From Bacteroidota bacterium (GTDB taxonomy: Bacteria; Bacteroidota; Rhodothermia; Rhodothermales; Rubricoccaceae), in contig JBCDKM010000007.1 of assembly GCA_038746605.1 (NCBI GenBank), positions 11,761 through 43,760 on the forward strand: a DNA stretch of 32,000 nucleotides, written 5' to 3'. The stretch's first letter is position 1. Each line of letters starts with the position of its first letter. Below are positions 16,704 through 25,693 of this stretch, piece by piece. The notes below the pieces were generated by a model. That model searched no databases and was not told where the DNA came from. It worked only from the letters and a program-made list of their open reading frames with translations. A program made the position numbers and the translations under genes.

Positions 16704-19084
16704 ATCCCTCTCGTCGCTCCGCTTGGCTCCTGCTCATCATCGCCGCCAGCGGTTTGGTTGCGTATTGGAGCACGTTCGCCGCGCTCGCGGGGACCAGCTT
16801 CGGGCCGGAACGCTTTTTCTCGGCGGCTACCATCTTCTCGTTTTCCGTCCCAGAAGGCGCGGATGGCATCGGGGTGCCCCTCGCGCAGATCGCTGCGCTC
16901 GTGTTCGGGTTCACAGCCGTCCTAGGCGTTGCTCTCGAACTCTCGCCGAGCGTCCGAAGCGCTCTGCGACGTCTCCACTTCCGGCTCCGCCGAGGCATCC
17001 TCCGTCGCCGTCCGGCGGTGGTGATCGGGCTAGGCTGGGTCGGTGGAGCGCTCGCCGAAGAGATCCGCCAGTCGGGCCGTCCGGTCTACGCCCTCGCGCT
17101 GGACAAACGCGGCCCCCGCGCCGAGGCTGCTGTTCGCGTCGGCGTCCTCGTGGAAGAGGGCGACGCGACGACGGACGAGGCGCTGGAGAGGGTACCGCTC
17201 GCTGCCGCCGAGGAGGTGTTCATCGCTACCGGTGAGGACATGCGCAACCTCGAAATCGCGGGCTCCATCCTGCGCAGCACGTCTGGCCGGGGCCGTCGAG
17301 TGTACGTCCACATCGGAGATCCGAGCATCGGCGTCACGGCCGTCAAGCGTGAGGTGCTGCCCCGCGAGGCTGGCGGCACGGAGTACTACCTCTTCAGCGT
17401 CCACGACAACGCCGCGTCGCTGGTCGCGGCCGATCTCCACCGCCAGGCCTCGTGGGCGGACGATGAGGCGCTGCATGTCGTCCTCGTCGGGTTCGGGATG
17501 CTAGGGCAGACGCTCGCGCTTCGGCTGGCACGGTCGCTGCACGGCCCCAATCACCGCCGCCTCCGGCTGACGGTCCTGTGCAGCCCATCTGAGCGGAGCG
17601 CCGTGGCTCGCTTTCGCGCCCTCCATCCCGGCTTCGCTCCTGCGCCTGGCTTCTCGCTCCGCGACTGGAATCCGGCCCGCGATGCATGGGACGTGACCGC
17701 TGGTACCGATCCCGCCGCCGAGTCATGGCGCACAGCCGCTCTCCATCCTCGGGCGGTCGAGGTGGCCGTGCTGGCGGAGTTCGTCGAGACGGCGACACCT
17801 GTGTCTCCCGAGACCACCGCCTTACTTCTGGACCGGTTCACGGCGCGCGAGGGCGTGCGGGTGCGCCCGGCGATTGTGGTGGCGACGGATCAGGAGAAGC
17901 TGAACGCCCGGTACGCGGTCGGTCTGCAGGACGCGCTGCTCGTCGCCCGCCAGTGGCCCCCGGTCCCGCCGAGGCGTCAAGACGAATCGCCAGACCTCGC
18001 ACACACGCCCGTTCCCACGGATGGCATCGCGCCCGTCGTGCCGCTCCACCCGTACCTCTTCGACGAGACGGGCTTGCACGCCCTCATGGAGGAGATGCAG
18101 CGACTAGACCTTGCCTCCGGTGTGCCGCGAGACGTGAAGGGTTGGGAGAAGCAGCAGCGTGCCCGCAGCCACCCGCTCCGGCCCTTCGGCTTCCGCACGG
18201 CGACTGCCAGCTACGGCGTCGTCACGCGCACCCGCGAACGGGAAGACGCGAAGCGGCTCCATGAGATGTACCGGCTCCTCGCCGGTCAGCCGGATGAGCC
18301 GATCCCGTCCGCCTTCGAGATCTCGAACCTGGACGCCGTCGCGCTGGCGTATCGCGTCTTCGAACGCTACTTCGTGGCCTCGCCGTATCGCCTCACACCA
18401 GACGAGGCTGAAGCTGCCGGTGTACAGTTCGATCCCGTTCTGGCTCCCTCTCTTCCAGATGAGTTGCTCGACGAGAGTGTCCGCCCGTTCTGGCTGCTGG
18501 CTCGTCTGTTCAGTTGGTCACCGGACAATCCCTCAAGGAAGGAAGCCCAATGGTTTCAGGAAGAATGGGCGATGGACTTGCATCCCACCATCCGCCCGCG
18601 TCTGGGGGAGTCCGAGGAGCGCCGCAAGCTCCGCGAGGATGCAATCGGGGATCTACAGAAGTGGATCAAAGAGTGCGCTGACCATGATAGGCGTCGGCAG
18701 ATCATGCTCGACGAGTACCGTAGCGATACGCCAGTCGAAAGAAGTATCCACACCGACAAATTCCTGGAGGGATTCAAGCAAAAGATCGGTCAAGACCTCG
18801 CCGACCGACTGGCGGAAACGGAGCACAACCGCTGGATGGCCGAACGCCTCGCCCTAGGCTGGCGCTATGGCCAGCGCTCAGACTCCGGCCGACGCCGCGA
18901 GACGTTCCTCGTCTGGGACGATCTCACCGAAGAGCAGCGGGTGTACGACCGAGCGCACCTGCCCCGCCTGATTCTCGAAAGTCAGGCCGCTTTCGGGAGC
19001 TGCAAGCCGGGCACATTCTACTATCTCCGTACGATGCCTCAGCCCTCACTAGACGACCCGCCCGCTAGTGGAGTCACGGCGTAG
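16700..19084 (+). CDS. Membrane protein with two Rossmann (RCK/TrkA-N-like) domains and a C-terminal RyR domain
   Basis: TM helices AWLLLIIAASGLVAYWSTFAAL and VPLAQIAALVFGFTAVLGVAL. GxGxxG motifs occur in VVIGLGWVGGALAEEI (then VYALALD) and VVLVGFGMLGQTLALRL. The C-terminal AETEHNRWMAERLALGWRYGQRSDSGRRRETFLVWDDLTEEQRVYDR matches the RyR-domain pattern. Confidence 0.65.
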   Translation: MNPSRRSAWLLLIIAASGLVAYWSTFAALAGTSFGPERFFSAATIFSFSVPEGADGIGVPLAQIAALVFGFTAVLGVALELSPSVRSALRRLHFRLRRGILRRRPAVVIGLGWVGGALAEEIRQSGRPVYALALDKRGPRAEAAVRVGVLVEEGDATTDEALERVPLAAAEEVFIATGEDMRNLEIAGSILRSTSGRGRRVYVHIGDPSIGVTAVKREVLPREAGGTEYYLFSVHDNAASLVAADLHRQASWADDEALHVVLVGFGMLGQTLALRLARSLHGPNHRRLRLTVLCSPSERSAVARFRALHPGFAPAPGFSLRDWNPARDAWDVTAGTDPAAESWRTAALHPRAVEVAVLAEFVETATPVSPETTALLLDRFTAREGVRVRPAIVVATDQEKLNARYAVGLQDALLVARQWPPVPPRRQDESPDLAHTPVPTDGIAPVVPLHPYLFDETGLHALMEEMQRLDLASGVPRDVKGWEKQQRARSHPLRPFGFRTATASYGVVTRTREREDAKRLHEMYRLLAGQPDEPIPSAFEISNLDAVALAYRVFERYFVASPYRLTPDEAEAAGVQFDPVLAPSLPDELLDESVRPFWLLARLFSWSPDNPSRKEAQWFQEEWAMDLHPTIRPRLGESEERRKLREDAIGDLQKWIKECADHDRRRQIMLDEYRSDTPVERSIHTDKFLEGFKQKIGQDLADRLAETEHNRWMAERLALGWRYGQRSDSGRRRETFLVWDDLTEEQRVYDRAHLPRLILESQAAFGSCKPGTFYYLRTMPQPSLDDPPASGVTA

Positions 19085-19347
19085 CCCAGTAGGAGGGTGG
19101 CTTTAATGGCCTCCAGCGCGGTCCGGCGGTCGTAGTCCTTTTCTTCCTCGCTGAGTTCGGCGTATGGCATCAGCCCGGGGTGCCTCTTCGCGTCGTCGTC
19201 ACGTCGCGGGCCGTAGGTCCAGCCCTCCGAGAGCCGCCCCTTCGCCCACACATCGTGGACGTGCTCAGCCAGCTGTTCCACGAGCCCATCTAGACCAGAG
19301 GGGAGCACGATGGAATCAGTCGGGAGGGGAGCGGGAGTGTAGGCCAC
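19039..19347 (-). CDS. Stand-alone RyR-domain protein
   Basis: [56 protein letters not shown] is a near-textbook RyR (ryanodine-receptor repeat) motif. The 3' end overlaps the convergent 16700..19084 gene by 46 bp. Confidence 0.65.
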   Translation of the reverse strand: MAYTPAPLPTDSIVLPSGLDGLVEQLAEHVHDVWAKGRLSEGWTYGPRRDDDAKRHPGLMPYAELSEEEKDYDRRTALEAIKATLLLGYAVTPLAGGSSSEG

Positions 19348-19556
19348 GGGGGAGGGGGCAGCGATAGTGCAAGATCGCCCGGCTGCAGGTACCGGCGAGC
19401 GGTATCGAGCCGCGCGTGGGGCGATTGCCAGTCGAGCGAGAGGAAACCCCGCGAAGCAGTGCCAGAACCCAACAAAACCGCACCGAGAGCGTTGATTCCG
19501 GGTCTGACACCCGACCGTCGCGGCTGTAGATTTACACCGTAGAAATCGGCTCCTAA

Positions 19557-21611
<2,055 letters not shown>

Positions 21612-21690
21612 GGGATGGGGCCAGTGGCCAGCGGCCAGTGGTCCACCCGACCTGCCATGCCTGCTGCTGCGTCTTCCCGTTCCACTCCGT

Positions 21691-21710
21691 CCGCCTCGGG
21701 CCCGAGGCGG
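21691..21710. repeat. CCGCCTCGG palindromic element, short-loop copy, terminator-like after gyrB
   Basis: ccgcctcgg-gc-ccgaggcgg, 80 nt past the gyrB stop. Confidence 0.85.
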
Positions 21711-21743
21711 GGGGACCCGGTCGGGGCTGAACCCAGGGGGCCG

Positions 21744-22217
21744 ATGACGTGGGCGGAGGTCTGCGCCCGTCCCGAACTCCGCGACCTCCCGTACAAGATC
21801 GAACTCGACCGCTACGGCCGGATCGTGATGAGCCCTGCTCCCTCGCGCCACAGGATCCTCCAGCGCCGCCTACAGAAAATCCTCGAAGACGCGCTGGGAG
21901 GCATCGCCATCCCGGAGTGCCCTGTGGATACGCCCGAGGGCACGAAGGTGGCCGATGTGGCGTGGATGGAGGAGACGTTCGCGATGGAGCATCAAGACAC
22001 AGCCGCATTCCCTGTCGCACCACCGGTCTGCGTCGAGATCATGTCGCGCTCGAACACGACGGGCGAGATGGAAGAGAAGGTGATGATTTACCTTGCGAAG
22101 GGCGCGCAGGAGGTCTGGGTGCACCAGCGTGACGGGCGGCTCCGGTTCTTTGCGCACGAGGGCGAGATCGAGCGCTCTCGCCTCGCACCGGACGCGCCCA
22201 TGGCGGTCGAGCTGTGA
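21744..22217 (+). CDS. Uma2-family (DUF820) PD-(D/E)xK endonuclease
   Basis: From ATG 21744: YKIELDRYGRIVMSPAP, VADVAWM, PPVCVEIMSRSNTTGEMEEKVMIYLAKGAQEVWV is the typical Uma2 core. The upstream part of the ORF covers a repeat and looks non-coding. Confidence 0.7.
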   Translation: MTWAEVCARPELRDLPYKIELDRYGRIVMSPAPSRHRILQRRLQKILEDALGGIAIPECPVDTPEGTKVADVAWMEETFAMEHQDTAAFPVAPPVCVEIMSRSNTTGEMEEKVMIYLAKGAQEVWVHQRDGRLRFFAHEGEIERSRLAPDAPMAVEL

Positions 22218-23227
22218 GCGCGATGCGCCCCGATCTCTCCATCGTCGTCCCGGTCTACAACGAGGCCGAGAGCTTGCCCGAACTGGCCGATGCCATCCGC
22301 CAGGCGATGGACGCCGCTGGCCTGACGTTCGAGGTCTGGCTCGTGGACGACGGCTCCACGGACGGCTCGTGGAACGAGATCGCCCGCCTCGGAGAAGCGG
22401 ACAGGCGGTTCGGCGGCGTGCAGTTCCGGCGCAACTATGGAAAGAGCGCTGCGCTGGCGGCAGGCTTCGAGCGCGCCGAGGGCCGATACGTCGCTACCCT
22501 CGACGCCGACCTCCAGGACGATCCCGCGGAGCTTCCCGCGATGGTCCAGAAGCTAGAAGCGGGCGCCGACCTCGTGAGTGGCTGGAAGCAGAAGCGCCAC
22601 GACCCGCTCGGCAAAACCATCCCGAGCCGGTTCTTCAACGGCGTGACACGGCTCGTCTCCGGCATCCCCCTGCACGACTTCAACAGCGGCATCAAGGCGT
22701 ACCGCCGCGAAGTGATCAAGAGCGTGCGCGTCTACGGCGAGTTGCATCGCTACATCCCGCTCCTCGCGAAGTGGGAGGGCTTCACTGCCATCGAAGAGCA
22801 GGTGGTGCAGCACCACCCGCGCAAGTACGGCCACACCAAGTTCGGTCTGGAGCGCTTCCTTCGCGGGTTCCTGGACCTCATCACGGTTGTCTTCCTGACG
22901 CGGTTTGCACGGCGCCCGATGCTATTCTTCGGCGGGATGGGGACGCTCGCGTTCCTCGTCGGCTTCGGCGTGTTGCTCTACCTGAGCGTCGCGAAGCTGG
23001 TCTACGGGCAGCCCCTCGGAGACCGCCCGCTGCTACTCTTCGGCGTGATGCTGGCCATCCTCGGGACGCAGTCGTTCCTGGCGGGCCTGCTTGGCGAGAT
23101 GATCGTCCGGCCCGAGATGGAGGGGACGACACGGCTGGAGATCCGTGAGGAGGTCGTGCCCGGTGGCTCCCCCCGCCTCGGCGCCGAGGCGGAGGAGGCT
23201 GTCGTTACGGCCGCCAGCCCAGCGTGA
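22214..23227 (+). CDS. Family 2 glycosyltransferase, polyprenyl-phosphate glycosyltransferase type (GtrB/ArnC-like) with C-terminal TM helices
   Basis: LSIVVPVYNEAESL, LVDDGSTDGS, NYGKSAALAAGF, LDADLQDDP and GWKQKRHDP, then two TM helices. The start is GTG 22214 (overlapping the upstream stop as GTGA) or ATG 22223. Confidence 0.8.
   Translation: MSAMRPDLSIVVPVYNEAESLPELADAIRQAMDAAGLTFEVWLVDDGSTDGSWNEIARLGEADRRFGGVQFRRNYGKSAALAAGFERAEGRYVATLDADLQDDPAELPAMVQKLEAGADLVSGWKQKRHDPLGKTIPSRFFNGVTRLVSGIPLHDFNSGIKAYRREVIKSVRVYGELHRYIPLLAKWEGFTAIEEQVVQHHPRKYGHTKFGLERFLRGFLDLITVVFLTRFARRPMLFFGGMGTLAFLVGFGVLLYLSVAKLVYGQPLGDRPLLLFGVMLAILGTQSFLAGLLGEMIVRPEMEGTTRLEIREEVVPGGSPRLGAEAEEAVVTAASPA
23173..23192. 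repeat. CCGCCTCGG palindromic element, short-loop copy within the 3' tail of the GT2 ORF
   Basis: ccgcctcgg-cg-ccgaggcgg, read as SPRLGAEAEE. It lies between the convergent ends at 23227 (+) and 23205 (-). Confidence 0.85.
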
Positions 23228-24356
23228 GGCCCGCGTAGCGCGTGTCGCCAAAGAAGGAGGAGGTCTCCCCGCTCGTGAAGTCGTAGCTCCCGACGGTGGC
23301 GTGGAAGGTGAGGCGCTCGCCTACAGACCGGAGCGCGTCGTCCTCCGCCACGATACCGATGCCTCGCAGGAGACCATCGATGCGAAAGCTGAGGCTGCTA
23401 CCGGAGCGGTCAGATTGGCGGCGGTCGTCCACGAGAAGGAAGCCGCTCCGAAGCGCGAGCGTCTCGAAGAGCGTGACCGCTAGCGCGAGGCGTGTGCCGT
23501 CGAGACCGGCGGGTTGCACCTCGTTGGAGCCCACCCACTCGCGCTCCACGCGCGAGTCCAGCGAGGCGAGGGTAAAGGTGCCGCCCGCAACAGCCTGATC
23601 TACGGCAAGTCGCGTTCCCGCGCCGAGGACGGTCTCAGAGGGAGGCAGCGAGCCCTGGAAGGACTCCGGTCCACCGGGAAACTCACCGAGGACATCGCGC
23701 TCCGGGAGACCGCTCGCGAGCCCCACGTTGCGATGGGCGGCTCCAGCCACCAGAGAGAACGGAAACCCAACCGTCCCTTCCACGATAGGGCCTGGGCTGA
23801 GCGGTATCTCGACGAGGCTACCCAGGTCGAGCGTGAGGCCGCGGTCTCGCTCGTAGTCCTCGCCGCCTCCCAGGTCCGCTCCCAGGCGATAGGTCGCTGC
23901 GATGCCGAGTGAGGTGCGGACGGGGCCGTCGAGTCGCACTCCGGCACCGAGGGTGTGGGCTGTCTCCGTGAGATCGAAGGTGAGCGACGTAGGATCCGGC
24001 GCGGCAATGGCGATGTTTTCTATCCGGAACACATCGCGCACCGCCCCGACCCCCAGCCTGACAGGGCGACCCGCGACCTCCAGATCCGCGCCATAGGAGA
24101 CCGCGAGGCCTCTTAGTCCAATGTCATCGAAGCCGAGCCAAGCGGAAGATCCCGAGCCGCTCACGCGCAGTCCAGAAGCCTCGCCCAGGAACGCCGGATT
24201 GAGCATCATCTCGTGTGGGTCACCGGTGCCGCTGAGGGTGGCCGAGCGTGCCGCCGAGGCGGCTGCTGTCGATGTGGGGATGCTGGGGAGATTAAAGACG
24301 GGCTGAGCGTGCGCCAGGGATGCAGCGAGCAGAAAGAGAACAGCGAGGCGTAGCAT
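23205..24356 (-). CDS. Outer-membrane beta-barrel protein, PorV/PorQ-like (paralogue 1)
   Basis: Signal peptide MLRLAVLFLLAASLAHAQ follows ATG 24356. It has an MLNPAFLGEA (NPA) motif, alternating beta-strand pattern, and ends YAGLTLGWRP. Paralogous to 24473..25582. Confidence 0.55.
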   Translation of the reverse strand: MLRLAVLFLLAASLAHAQPVFNLPSIPTSTAAASAARSATLSGTGDPHEMMLNPAFLGEASGLRVSGSGSSAWLGFDDIGLRGLAVSYGADLEVAGRPVRLGVGAVRDVFRIENIAIAAPDPTSLTFDLTETAHTLGAGVRLDGPVRTSLGIAATYRLGADLGGGEDYERDRGLTLDLGSLVEIPLSPGPIVEGTVGFPFSLVAGAAHRNVGLASGLPERDVLGEFPGGPESFQGSLPPSETVLGAGTRLAVDQAVAGGTFTLASLDSRVEREWVGSNEVQPAGLDGTRLALAVTLFETLALRSGFLLVDDRRQSDRSGSSLSFRIDGLLRGIGIVAEDDALRSVGERLTFHATVGSYDFTSGETSSFFGDTRYAGLTLGWRP

Positions 24357-24441
24357 GGAGGCGATAGGAACGAGACCCGAAGATCGTCCCTCTTTTCGCT
24401 CCGGGAACGGGCACATCGCCTTCCCTTCGTTCTGGCGTTGT

Positions 24442-24461
24442 CCGCCGCGGCGCCGAGGCGG
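24442..24461. repeat. CCGCCTCGG palindromic element, short-loop copy with one arm mismatch
   Basis: ccgccGcgg-cg-ccgaggcgg, between the two tandem barrel genes. Confidence 0.7.
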
Positions 24462-24472
24462 GAAGAGCCGGG

Positions 24473-25582
24473 CTATGGTCGCCACCCGAACGTGACGCCG
24501 TAGACGGTCGTCTCGCCAATCGTCTCCCCGACTCGCAGCACGGCGACCTCGAACCGGGTGGTGAGCCGATCAGCCAGCGCGAGCATGGAGGCGCTCTTCT
24601 GCTGCGCACCGACAGCACGCACGACCCCGTCGATGCGGAGCTCGGCGCCGAGGGATACGAACGGGTCGCTTCCCCTGCTCTCGGGGGCGGCGTACCCGGC
24701 GCGAACCGCCAGAATCTCGGCCAGAATCACCGTTCCTGCGAGCCGGGCCTCACCGGCGCGGATATCACTTCCGTTGAAGGGTTCCGCCCTCACGTCACCC
24801 TCCACGAGATGGAACCGGCCCCGCCGACCGAGTTGACGCACATGTGCTGCGCGGACGCTCACCCCGAAGGTGTTCGCCCCTCGTACGCCGTTCGCCGGAC
24901 GCGCAGAAAAGTCTTCCGAGAGAACAGCAAGGTTGCGCAAAACGGCTGCACCCGTTATCTCCACCTCGGGCGCAATCTCGCCATCTCCGCTCGGTCCAGT
25001 CAGCAGGGGGTAGGAAACAGCCGCGCCCACGTCGAGTGTCGTCGTGCGGTCGCGTTCGAGATCCTCGGGGAGGGAGAGGTCGGGAGGAATCGCAAAGGAC
25101 TCGCGCACGTCCGCGTTGGCGCCGAAGCGGACGTGAACGGGTCCGTCCCAGCCAAGCGCCAGCCCGCCCGTGATCTCGCGCTCCTGCGTGTCATACTCGA
25201 TCTCCCCGATGCTAGGCCCGATGAGACGGAGGGTCGAGCGGAGTTCGGTATAGCTGCCGCCCAGCCCGATGCGCAGCGATCCGCCGCCGACCTCGCCCGC
25301 GTCGATCCCGATAGAGGCGGCCGAGGAGCCGAGGAGCAGGTCGTCTACGCCGACGAAATCCGGTGCGAGTCCGGCAGAGAAGCGGAGGGCAGGGCGCTCG
25401 CCCGCGTCCGCGAGGAGGGCGGGATTGTGGCGGATCGCGTACGGGTTGTCGCTCGGCCCGGCCGCGAGGGCCTGGCTCACGCCGACTTCGTGCGCGGAGA
25501 CCGGGAAGCCGGAGAGGGCGAAGGAGCTTTGCGCGAAGGCAGGGGGGGCCGCGAGCATCGCAGCGAGCAGAAGACGGACCAT
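24473..25582 (-). CDS. Outer-membrane beta-barrel protein, PorV/PorQ-like (paralogue 2)
   Basis: Signal peptide MVRLLLAAMLAAPPAFAQ follows ATG 25582. It has an IRHNPALLADA (NPA) motif, a shared EDxERDR(G/T)xTLDxG block, and ends YGVTFGWRP. Confidence 0.55.
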   Translation of the reverse strand: MVRLLLAAMLAAPPAFAQSSFALSGFPVSAHEVGVSQALAAGPSDNPYAIRHNPALLADAGERPALRFSAGLAPDFVGVDDLLLGSSAASIGIDAGEVGGGSLRIGLGGSYTELRSTLRLIGPSIGEIEYDTQEREITGGLALGWDGPVHVRFGANADVRESFAIPPDLSLPEDLERDRTTTLDVGAAVSYPLLTGPSGDGEIAPEVEITGAAVLRNLAVLSEDFSARPANGVRGANTFGVSVRAAHVRQLGRRGRFHLVEGDVRAEPFNGSDIRAGEARLAGTVILAEILAVRAGYAAPESRGSDPFVSLGAELRIDGVVRAVGAQQKSASMLALADRLTTRFEVAVLRVGETIGETTVYGVTFGWRP

Positions 25583-25693
25583 GAGGCGGAGCGAGGAGAC
25601 GAGGCTCGGAGTATCGGCGGGTTGCCGCCGACCTGCGGCCTCCGCGTATTCCACACGCAGCCGTCACGTTCCGTCGTCATCTTCCGCCCTCGC

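Noticed and set aside
16700-19084. I considered whether the 794-aa protein, or any other neighbour of the STING gene, hides a CD-NTase or GGDEF cyclase.
   Set aside because: I saw no GS-x-A/Y-x-GT...DxD nucleotidyltransferase pattern or GG(D/E)EF motif in any ORF from 11.7 to 19.4 kb. Absence judged by eye is weak evidence, so a profile search is needed.
19527-19534. TAGATTTA about 50 nt upstream of gyrB, and TACATTTT at about 16096, as possible Bacteroidota-type -7 promoter boxes (TAnnTTTG).
   Set aside because: These are single imperfect matches with no verifiable -33 element, and the taxonomic assignment is itself an inference. That is too weak to annotate.
24809-25693. The 5' extension of the GT4 ORF, which would give a 678-aa protein.
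   Set aside because: The extension is antisense to the barrel gene 24473..25582 and is Arg-rich. The recognisable GT4 sequence starts at ATG 25694.
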